From: an uncultured bacterium
GTDB taxonomy: Bacteria; Patescibacteriota; Minisyncoccia; Phycocordibacterales; UBA9973
NCBI GenBank assembly: GCA_937903035.1
Contig: CALCZP010000008.1
Location: 21,551-85,550, forward strand
DNA: 64,000 nt
Direction: 5' to 3'
Both the position numbers and the translations under genes were made by a program. Of the stretch, positions 56,707 through 64,000 are shown piece after piece; position 1 is the stretch's first letter, and the number at the start of each line of letters is the position of its first letter. The notes beneath the pieces were generated by a model. The model made no database searches and was not told where the DNA came from. It was given only the letters and a program-made list of their open reading frames with translations.

Positions 56707-57717
56707 TTAGTTAGCAACAGGCTTTGGAAATAGTGGATAGAACTCAGGATCGATAGTGCGATCGTAGCATGTGCGACCAGTTTCATGGTCCCATGATTCG
56801 GTACTTGATCCATCAGGATACGGCATTGTTGATACAGCGACATCGTTCATCAATGTACCACCATACCCACGCTGCTGATCTATCCAACCTTCTGGCATTG
56901 GTAGTGCAAAGGTCGCACAAAGCTTGAATGACTTGTCTCCTGTTTTGGTGTATTCATAGTTCATACCTTTTTGAAATTCGGGATCACGCGGCACTATGTA
57001 GCTTGAGATTGGATTACGCAATACGGCAAGATCTAGAGGAAGTTCTTGTTTCTGCTGCCAGTAACTAATGATCTGCCACTGAAGTGATTGCAAATCCTCA
57101 ACGCGTCGCTGATCAAGTCTGAGCTTACGCTGACTCATCGGACTACCGATCACGCAAAAGCTCCAGATGATCATCCCAAGTGCAAGCAATACAGCTATAC
57201 TAGCGAACCATCGTGCACAGGTATCTACGACAGATGCTTCACGTTTAAGCTCACGAATGAAATACCATCCTGCAAGTCCTGCAACGATGAGTGCAAGAAG
57301 GACTTTCAAGATAAACCGAATCGTAATTTCTCCAGAAACAAAGTACTTCACGAGTGTGACCAGATCAGCAACAATCGTTACTGTCGCTAAAAAGAGTACA
57401 AGATAGATAGCCCACCGACGTACAGCGTCATCCAAGTGACCAAGTGTCCCAGTCATGGCCTTACGCCAATATCGAGTCACGACGAGAAATACCGGAAGTA
57501 TAATGATCAGAAGCGCCATTGATTGACGAATGCCATCATAGGCATACGACATATATCCTTGCTGATAGCTTGCGGTCAGCACATCGGGAAATGCCTGATC
57601 AAGTGTTGCAAATGAGAGTGACAGGAATGCTGAAACACTGGTAATCAGCGATATTAAAACACCGAGTGATAAGAAGAAAAATAGCGGCGAAAGCTTTGTT
57701 GATGGTTGCATCAACAA
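56707..57717 (-). CDS. DUF5671-like membrane protein
   Basis: Five TMs followed by GSP..QR..RLD.RR..DL and F.LCATF. Confidence 0.7.
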   Translation of the reverse strand: MLMQPSTKLSPLFFFLSLGVLISLITSVSAFLSLSFATLDQAFPDVLTASYQQGYMSYAYDGIRQSMALLIIILPVFLVVTRYWRKAMTGTLGHLDDAVRRWAIYLVLFLATVTIVADLVTLVKYFVSGEITIRFILKVLLALIVAGLAGWYFIRELKREASVVDTCARWFASIAVLLALGMIIWSFCVIGSPMSQRKLRLDQRRVEDLQSLQWQIISYWQQKQELPLDLAVLRNPISSYIVPRDPEFQKGMNYEYTKTGDKSFKLCATFALPMPEGWIDQQRGYGGTLMNDVAVSTMPYPDGSSTESWDHETGRTCYDRTIDPEFYPLFPKPVAN

Positions 57718-57794
57718 ATTATAGCAGAGTCGCTACCCCCTATCGCATACTTGACAAGTATGTTTATTTGTTCTAAGGTAAAGCAAACGTTTTT

Positions 57795-58253
57795 ATGAGA
57801 CACATTCAGACACTTCTCGAAGATCCTGGATTCACCTCTTTTCATTCTGTCGTTCGTTCTGCAATTGTTGAGCTCTTTTACTACGAGACAGCATACATGA
57901 AAGGTACTGAAAGTTATTTTCTCCTTAGAAGCGAAGATACTGAAGATATACTTATCAATAAAAAATCTCTTGCGATCAAATCAATCCTTCTAGTTATTAG
58001 CAATCCGTTCATACAAGTTGCACAAACTAGAGTACAACTTGTATTGCGTACAATACTAGAAAAAGCAGGAGAGCGTTTGATTGAAAAAGATGTTTTTAGA
58101 TCAATCGAAGACTTCGGGAACTTTATGTACACCCCTTTCTATATAAGGAAAAAACATCTCCTTATGAATAGAATTTTTCAAGAAATTGCAAACGTACTTA
58201 GAGAAGAAAGTACATTCAAAATCTTTACACTGTATGCAGTGAAAACCGCCTAA
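57795..58253 (+). CDS. AT-rich hypothetical protein
   Basis: Own TTGACA-N17-TAAGGT promoter and terminator. Confidence 0.65.
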   Translation: MRHIQTLLEDPGFTSFHSVVRSAIVELFYYETAYMKGTESYFLLRSEDTEDILINKKSLAIKSILLVISNPFIQVAQTRVQLVLRTILEKAGERLIEKDVFRSIEDFGNFMYTPFYIRKKHLLMNRIFQEIANVLREESTFKIFTLYAVKTA

Positions 58254-58286
58254 ATATCCCTACACTTTATATAGTGCGGGGATTTT

Positions 58287-59246
58287 TTATTTCTTACTAT
58301 TGATCACACTCGTGACAAATTCTTTGAGACTACTTCCTACCGCATCGAGTGCTACCAAAAACGGTGAGTTGTCATGGAGGTGTGGTTGCGTATCCATTTC
58401 GATAAACCAGACCTTGCCGCGACTATCGATAATAAATTCGCTCTGTGAGTAATCCTCTGCGCCAAACATGTGATGGAGTCGCATTGCGAGTGCTGCCGCC
58501 TGCTCACGCTCACTCGGTGAGAGACTACCACCTGCAACAGCGTACTCCTCAGTACTACTGCGGATGTCATGATGGAGCACTCCACGAGCTGGAGACTTGA
58601 TTTCAACAGCAGGGAGTACGTACGTATCTTTGTTGCGGAAATTATTGATCACCCCGACTGCCGCTTCCCTTCCATAAATATATTGCTCGACAATAAAAGG
58701 CTCCTGATGCGAGACCGACTCCTCCACCATCATCGCAAGATCAAGTGCCGTGAATGCAAAATGCGTGTTGACTGACGCGCCTCCCGTGAGTGGCTTCATC
58801 ACCCATGGTGGTGCCATGTGCTGATAGATGCGTTGCGTGATCTCTGAGACACTTTCGGTGCCGTCAGGAATGACGAGGAGTGACTCGGGTGTATTGATAC
58901 CGAGTGACTTCGCAGCTTCTTTCGCAGTCTGCTTGTTAAATGCGAGTCCAGATGCGAGGGCGCCACTGCCGGTATAGGGAATACCATAGTCATCAAGGAG
59001 ACGTGAGAGCTTGCCGTCCTCACCAAACTCACCATGAAGCGCGTTCCATACGGCATCCACACTTGCAGTGGCCTTTTCCATATCGGCAGGCACACCTTTG
59101 ATGTGAAGTACACCATCTTTGTCGAGCAGCATATCAATCGCCTCAAAGCCGGCATCCATAAGTGCCTTCTGAACGTTTGCACCAGTCTTCAAAGAAAAAT
59201 GATATTCGGGACTGATCCCTCCGCGAATGATACCGATGCGTTGCAT
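58287..59246 (-). CDS. D-Ala-D-Ala ligase-like ATP-grasp protein with divergent active site
   Basis: GG.S.E..SL.TG, ALHG.FGEDG, PYTGS and VEQYI.GRE motifs. Confidence 0.8.
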   Translation of the reverse strand: MQRIGIIRGGISPEYHFSLKTGANVQKALMDAGFEAIDMLLDKDGVLHIKGVPADMEKATASVDAVWNALHGEFGEDGKLSRLLDDYGIPYTGSGALASGLAFNKQTAKEAAKSLGINTPESLLVIPDGTESVSEITQRIYQHMAPPWVMKPLTGGASVNTHFAFTALDLAMMVEESVSHQEPFIVEQYIYGREAAVGVINNFRNKDTYVLPAVEIKSPARGVLHHDIRSSTEEYAVAGGSLSPSEREQAAALAMRLHHMFGAEDYSQSEFIIDSRGKVWFIEMDTQPHLHDNSPFLVALDAVGSSLKEFVTSVINSKK

Positions 59247-59253
59247 GCGATAA

Positions 59254-60498
59254 TTATAGCATTGCTTTTGATCTTCGTACTTTGTGGAATGTCAGCGCAA
59301 AGCGATGTGACTCTGCGTTTGCAAGCAAGATAGCGTATTTGTTTTGTTCGATGAGTTCCTGCGGACCGGAGACGGACTTGGGACGGTGACGTTCATCTTT
59401 GGTGACCGCAATGATCGGAATGTTGAGTGCAAGATCCTTGAGTACTGACTCCGCAGCATTCACCTGAATAGCATTTCCGTCCACGATGATTGCGTTTGGA
59501 TACGACCATTCGGTATGCGCAAGGCGACGAGTGAGGACCTCTCGAAGTGCACCTGCATCGTTTGCCTTGTCGAAGCCTTTGATAGTGAACTTGCGATATT
59601 CATTTTTGTTCGCAACTGCATTTTCAACCACCGTCATCACGCCGACCATGTTGGTGCCAGAGAGATGGGCAATGTCATATGCCTCGAGACGAAACACTTG
59701 CTCATGTCTCGTTGATACGAGGTCACGCTTGATAAGTGACACATCCTGGATATGCTCGAGTGCAAAGACTTTCTGCTTGAGTTCATTCGCTGCTTCAAAT
59801 TTCTCTGCGTTCGCCGCCTTCATCATGTCGCGCTTGAGATCTGCGATGAGTTGACGGAGCTTGCCACCAAAGATGAGCTTGAGTCGGGTGATTGTTTTCT
59901 TGTACTGCTTGGCAGCTTCAGACGACGTCACATCTGGCGCAAGTCCGATCTGTCGATAAAACACGGTATTATCTTTCTTGGATGAGGCGAGATCACGAAA
60001 TGGAAAGATCTTGCGGAGGATCTTGAGTGCTTCACGAATACTACTACCACTTGGGTACGGACCATAGACTGCATCGTAGCTCACCTGCTTTGCCGAACGA
60101 GGAAGGTGCACGGTCTTTGCTTTTGTATCAATATCTTTTTGTCTGACGAGTACTATTTGTGGAAACTCTTCACGGGTAATAGCCACACAGTTGAAACTTT
60201 TGTCATCTTTTTCCTTGGTGTTGTAGTAGGGCGCATGTTTCTTGATCAGGTTTGCTTCCAAAATAAGTGCCTCAAGTGCATTCATCGTCTCCTGATACTC
60301 GACGGTTGCAGCCGTAAATACCATATCCACAATATGTGCTCCGCGTGTCTTGATCACATCAGGAGAAAAGTAGCTGCGCACTCGGTCACGGAGACTGGTC
60401 GCCTTGCCAATATAAAGAATCTTTCCTCCCTCATCACACCAAACATACACGCCAGGCGTGTCAGGAAAATCCAATTTGTCGAAGTCTTGACGAATCAT
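59254..60498 (-). CDS. uvrC: excinuclease UvrC, short form
   Basis: PGVY...LYIGKA..LR.RV.SYF GIY-YIG; UVR domain; EAYDIAH, VDG and ESHRFA motifs. Confidence 0.92.
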   Translation of the reverse strand: MIRQDFDKLDFPDTPGVYVWCDEGGKILYIGKATSLRDRVRSYFSPDVIKTRGAHIVDMVFTAATVEYQETMNALEALILEANLIKKHAPYYNTKEKDDKSFNCVAITREEFPQIVLVRQKDIDTKAKTVHLPRSAKQVSYDAVYGPYPSGSSIREALKILRKIFPFRDLASSKKDNTVFYRQIGLAPDVTSSEAAKQYKKTITRLKLIFGGKLRQLIADLKRDMMKAANAEKFEAANELKQKVFALEHIQDVSLIKRDLVSTRHEQVFRLEAYDIAHLSGTNMVGVMTVVENAVANKNEYRKFTIKGFDKANDAGALREVLTRRLAHTEWSYPNAIIVDGNAIQVNAAESVLKDLALNIPIIAVTKDERHRPKSVSGPQELIEQNKYAILLANAESHRFALTFHKVRRSKAML

Positions 60499-60531
60499 AA
60501 ATGCAGTGTAGTATAACAGAAAATACTATTT

Positions 60532-60753
60532 ATGAAACAGCTCTTTATCGCCTTGATATTAATGGGAATAATCTCTACCTATTTATTGTTTTGTATTGGG
60601 CCATCGCTAACAATTTGGACAAATTATGGCCAAAATAACACTCGAAATTTTGTAATCATAATTGTTCTAATAATTATTGTTAAACCTCTTGCTTGGATTA
60701 TATGCTCTATCACAAAATTAGTAGCTCCTGAAAAAGAAAATTACTCCATATAA
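60532..60753 (+). CDS. small AT-rich two-TM protein
   Basis: Two hydrophobic helices; terminator at 60761-60787. Confidence 0.55.
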   Translation: MKQLFIALILMGIISTYLLFCIGPSLTIWTNYGQNNTRNFVIIIVLIIIVKPLAWIICSITKLVAPEKENYSI

Positions 60754-60852
60754 TTATCTAGTTCCTGTTTCGGCAGGAGCTTTTTTATTAAGTGAATAGG
60801 TAAATAGATATATTTATTCCACCAAACATATCATCAACTTCCTACATTTCAC

Positions 60853-60888
60853 ATACTCAAACTGAGCGATAGCAGAATTTGAGTATAG
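60853..60888. repeat. 36-bp palindromic direct repeat, copy A
   Basis: ATACTCAAactgaGCGATAGCAgaATTTGAGTATAG. Confidence 0.85.
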
Positions 60889-60891
60889 AGA

Positions 60892-61404
60892 TCAGTGATG
60901 TAATTCCTTGCGTTGGTTTTTTGCAAGTTTAAATGTTTTGATACATTTTTTGAGACCTATGGTTTGAAGGTATAGTATAAATTCTTTGGGAAGTGGCGAT
61001 GGACCTAGCCAAACGCTTCGTTGAATCATATTGTAGCCAAACTGTTTGAGATGCAAACGAAACCACTCACGCTCTGCCTTGCGATCCTCAGGAATATCAA
61101 ATATGACCAGTAGATCGTTTAGTTGATTACGTACAACCGGTCGAGAAAACAGTTCTAAACGTGTGAGTCGAGACTCCACAGCCGACCTCTTATTTCTATA
61201 CAACATAATACTATCTGTACCCTTACGCCTAATATATCCTTGCTTCTGAAGGCGATATAGTGCATTTGCAACTGATTGGGTTTTGCATGAAAAAAGAATT
61301 GGTAGACCAAGCATACTTACTGGAACACCTTTGTATCTATATTTTGGTTCGAGAAGTAATTTCAATAATTTATCTTCTATACTCAATTTACGCGATAGCA
61401 TCAT
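60892..61404 (-). CDS. PaaX-like wHTH plus Cas2-like (ferredoxin-fold) protein
   Basis: ALYRL.KQGYI wHTH; LVIFDIPE..K..R..FR..LK..GY.MIQRSVW. Confidence 0.85.
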   Translation of the reverse strand: MMLSRKLSIEDKLLKLLLEPKYRYKGVPVSMLGLPILFSCKTQSVANALYRLQKQGYIRRKGTDSIMLYRNKRSAVESRLTRLELFSRPVVRNQLNDLLVIFDIPEDRKAEREWFRLHLKQFGYNMIQRSVWLGPSPLPKEFILYLQTIGLKKCIKTFKLAKNQRKELHH

Positions 61405-61414
61405 TTGAGTATAG
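61379..61414. repeat. 36-bp palindromic direct repeat, copy B (covers the -10 and start codon)
   Basis: ATACTCAAtttacGCGATAGCAtcATTTGAGTATAG; 30/36 identical to copy A. Confidence 0.85.
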
Positions 61415-61504
61415 GAAATACGCTATCAAATAAATCTAAAGATTAAAACTGTCAAAGTATTGACGAATCATAAATACAATGTAATATAATAGAAAATAAT
61501 TTAT

Positions 61505-61837
61505 ATGAAAATAGAAGACATTATGATTGATGACTGGCATAAAGCTGGTCAGGACATTATTATCCTTGGTCCAGATTGCGAGGAAGAACTCGATACTTTT
61601 GATTTAAACAAAAGTATCGAGGAAAAACTAATAGCTGATTTGGTTCAAAAAGCAAATAAGCAAAACATTGCTATTGAATTAAAAAATGGGAAACTTTTTG
61701 TAAATTCTTCTGAGTTAAACAAGGCAGTAAAATTTTTGAAAGAAAATAGTGTATTTGTCTCAAAAAATGATGAAGATATTTCTGAAGCAAGAAGTAGTGG
61801 ATGTATTCCAGATCCAGGCAATTTGGGAGTATATTAA
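61505..61837 (+). CDS. AT-rich acidic hypothetical protein
   Basis: Own TTGACG promoter at 61460 and A/T-rich leader. Confidence 0.65.
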   Translation: MKIEDIMIDDWHKAGQDIIILGPDCEEELDTFDLNKSIEEKLIADLVQKANKQNIAIELKNGKLFVNSSELNKAVKFLKENSVFVSKNDEDISEARSSGCIPDPGNLGVY

Positions 61838-61871
61838 ATTATAAAGCTTAGTACCGAACGGGAACGGCTTT

Positions 61872-62510
61872 TTATTTTTTCAAAATTTGCATCAACGGAT
61901 CTTCTTCCTTTTTATACCCTCTTGCCTTCCCTTCTTTGCGTCCATACTCTTTGATCGCATAGCCGGCGCGTTTCCAATCTTTCTTGGGAATGATCTGCAG
62001 CAAGTCTTGCTCGATCTTGGACGCGTCAGTCGCCTTGGTGAGGCTGAACCGCTTCACAAATCTGATCACATGCGTATCTACCGGTATGCCATATGGCGTA
62101 TCGACGAGATTGGTCATCACTGCAATCGCTGTCTTTCTCCCCACCCCAGAGAGTGTCTGCAGTTTGTCGATATCAAGCGGCACTTCACCACCAAATTCTT
62201 TGACAAGTAACTCTGCAGTCTTTTTGAGATAGCCTGCTTTCATTCTGAAATAATTCACCTTTTGCACATAGGGTTGTATCTCAACAACCGAAGCCTTTGC
62301 CATCACTTGTGGTGTTGGATATTTCTTGAAAAGCTCGGGTGTAATTTTGTTCACCAGTTCGTCAGTCGTCTGCGCAGAAAGTATGACTGCAACAAGGAGC
62401 TCCCACGGATTGCGATAGTCAAGAAACGTCTTGTCACGTTTATACTGTTTCAGCAGCACGGGAGCGATGGTACGCCATATCTCTTGTTGTTGTAGGTAGC
62501 TCTTTTGCAT
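61872..62510 (-). CDS. nth: endonuclease III (HhH-GPD), without the FeS motif
   Basis: LLVAVILSAQTTD, L.GVGRKTA and VDTHV.R motifs; start moved to MQKSY. Confidence 0.9.
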   Translation of the reverse strand: MQKSYLQQQEIWRTIAPVLLKQYKRDKTFLDYRNPWELLVAVILSAQTTDELVNKITPELFKKYPTPQVMAKASVVEIQPYVQKVNYFRMKAGYLKKTAELLVKEFGGEVPLDIDKLQTLSGVGRKTAIAVMTNLVDTPYGIPVDTHVIRFVKRFSLTKATDASKIEQDLLQIIPKKDWKRAGYAIKEYGRKEGKARGYKKEEDPLMQILKK

Positions 62511-62520
62511 AGTGTCTCTA

Positions 62521-63894
62521 CTAGAGGGCACCAAATCGACGCTTTGTTTCTTGCGCCTCGGTACGATGGTCACACATCGGCGCCGGATATCCATTGAGTC
62601 TGCGCGCCACACCTTCTGGATCATGGATTTCTTTTGGACTCAATGATGCGATCTCAGGTACCCATTTTTTGATGTACACACAATCCGCATCAAATTTCTC
62701 CTGTTGGAGCCATGGGTTGAAAATACGAAACCATGGTGATGCATCACAGCCTGTCCCTGCCACCCACTGCCAGTTGCCGTTGTTGACCGCAGGGTCGTAG
62801 TCCGTGAGCATCTGCGCAAAGTGTCGCTCACCCCACTGCCAGTTGATATGCAGATCCTTGATGAGAAATGACGCAACAATCATGCGGACACGGTTGTGCA
62901 TGTACCCCGTCTGTGCAAGCTCACGCATGCCGGCATCAACAATTGGAAACCCAGTCTCACCTTTTTTCCATTTCTCAAACTGCAGCTCATCAGTATTCCA
63001 CTCAAGTGCATCAAATGTACTTTTGTACGCGCCTGTATATACATGCGGCGCAAGTGCTGCAATCGTGGTGAAAAAGTCATGCCAGAGTAGCTCGCGCAAG
63101 AATGTCGTCGGTGTCGGCATATGAAGCGTTGCATACTGATAGATCTCGCGGATCGAAAGCGTCCCAAACTTGATATGGGCTGAGAGCAGTGACGTCGCAT
63201 CAATCGCAGGAAAATCTCGCTCTTGTGCATATGCGCTTTTGTGCGGGAGTTTCTTGAGGAGCTCTTTTGCATGAGTGCGACCACCGACTACTCGAAGTGT
63301 TTGTTTGATGGGAACAAGCTGACTCACAACCGCATCAATCGCAACACCTTGTGGATGTGTCATAAACGAAACGGTAGACGGGAGCTTTTTGGGCAAAGGT
63401 ATCGATAGTGCTTCAAGTGCGACACGGTAGTGAGTGTAGACACTATAGGGTTTGCCTTCTTTGGTCACGATTGTTCCTGGTGCATGGAGCGTCACATCGT
63501 GCTCAGCAATCACCGACACTTCATACTTTTTGCATATTTCATCGATTACACCGTCACGCATATGTGCAAATGGCGTGTAGTCTTTGTTGTACGAAAGTGC
63601 AGACGGCTGTACTTCCTTGATCAAGGTTTCAAGTACTTCTTCTGCAATACCAGTTCGCACATGAAGCACCACTCCCTTTTGTTGAAGCGCACGATCAAGA
63701 TCCACAAGTGACTCACCGAGCATCTGAAGCCCTGGCATACTTCGATACGGATGCTCACCTATCTGCCGCTCATCAAAGATAAATACCGGCAGTACTTCAT
63801 CAACGGTTTGAACAAGCGCATTAAGGGCAGTGTTATCCTCAAGGCGCAAATCCCGGCGAAATACATGGATACCGAGTGACTTTGAATGATTCAT
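62521..63894 (-). CDS. phrB: class I CPD photolyase
   Basis: FRRDLRL.DN.AL, G.TGFPIVDAGMREL..TGYMHNRVRM, N.GNWQW and RIFNP motifs. Confidence 0.95.
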   Translation of the reverse strand: MNHSKSLGIHVFRRDLRLEDNTALNALVQTVDEVLPVFIFDERQIGEHPYRSMPGLQMLGESLVDLDRALQQKGVVLHVRTGIAEEVLETLIKEVQPSALSYNKDYTPFAHMRDGVIDEICKKYEVSVIAEHDVTLHAPGTIVTKEGKPYSVYTHYRVALEALSIPLPKKLPSTVSFMTHPQGVAIDAVVSQLVPIKQTLRVVGGRTHAKELLKKLPHKSAYAQERDFPAIDATSLLSAHIKFGTLSIREIYQYATLHMPTPTTFLRELLWHDFFTTIAALAPHVYTGAYKSTFDALEWNTDELQFEKWKKGETGFPIVDAGMRELAQTGYMHNRVRMIVASFLIKDLHINWQWGERHFAQMLTDYDPAVNNGNWQWVAGTGCDASPWFRIFNPWLQQEKFDADCVYIKKWVPEIASLSPKEIHDPEGVARRLNGYPAPMCDHRTEAQETKRRFGAL

Positions 63895-63910
63895 AAGCTA
63901 CTATTGTACT

Positions 63911-64000
63911 ATGAAAATATCCGAGGTACTGAAAGTCTCACGCCCCCGTTTTTGGCTCTATGAAGCAGCAACATTTGGCCTTGTTGGCACCGTTGCTGCA
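63911..64000 (+). CDS. UbiA-family prenyltransferase (lycopene elongase-like), 5' partial
   Basis: MKISEVLKVSRPRFWLYEAATF; SRPRFW.Y matches the LyeJ/CrtEb-type N-terminus. Confidence 0.6.
   Translation, partial: MKISEVLKVSRPRFWLYEAATFGLVGTVAA

Noticed and set aside
60853-61414. CRISPR-Cas locus
   Set aside because: Only two repeats, separated by a whole gene; no spacer-sized units and no cas1 or effector genes

Overview
This 64-kb window looks like Patescibacteria (CPR) chromosome, probably Parcubacteria/Paceibacteria. That assignment is inferred from compact aaRSs, a short UvrC, a PaaX/Cas2-like gene and the absence of biosynthetic operons. The backbone is housekeeping genes: prfA end, rsmI, ctpA, rplI, rpmA, lexA, murG-ftsW-mraY, scpAB, aspS, trpS, dnaB, recR, rplU, corA, cysS, mnmA, mltG, ftsZ, trxB, tsaD, valS, lepA, murJ, leuS, ddl-like, uvrC, nth and phrB, plus five tRNAs. 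Many backbone genes appear leaderless (extended -10, then ATG 6-10 nt later). About a dozen AT-rich single-gene units are scattered between them, most with their own TTGAC-N16/17-TAnnnT promoter and many with a terminator. Several encode proteins that resemble Bacteroidota host machinery: an RNAP alpha-CTD, DnaA domain IV, and Q-rule secreted or beta-barrel-like proteins. Non-coding highlights: an ultra-minimal T-box upstream of aspS, a stand-alone ~380-nt structured RNA, two smaller sRNA candidates, paired structured repeats after ftsZ, tRNA-derived repeats, a LexA box plus DnaA box over an operon with two amphipathic mini-proteins, and a PaaX/Cas2-like gene bracketed by 36-bp palindromic direct repeats. 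All calls were made by eye; no searches were run.
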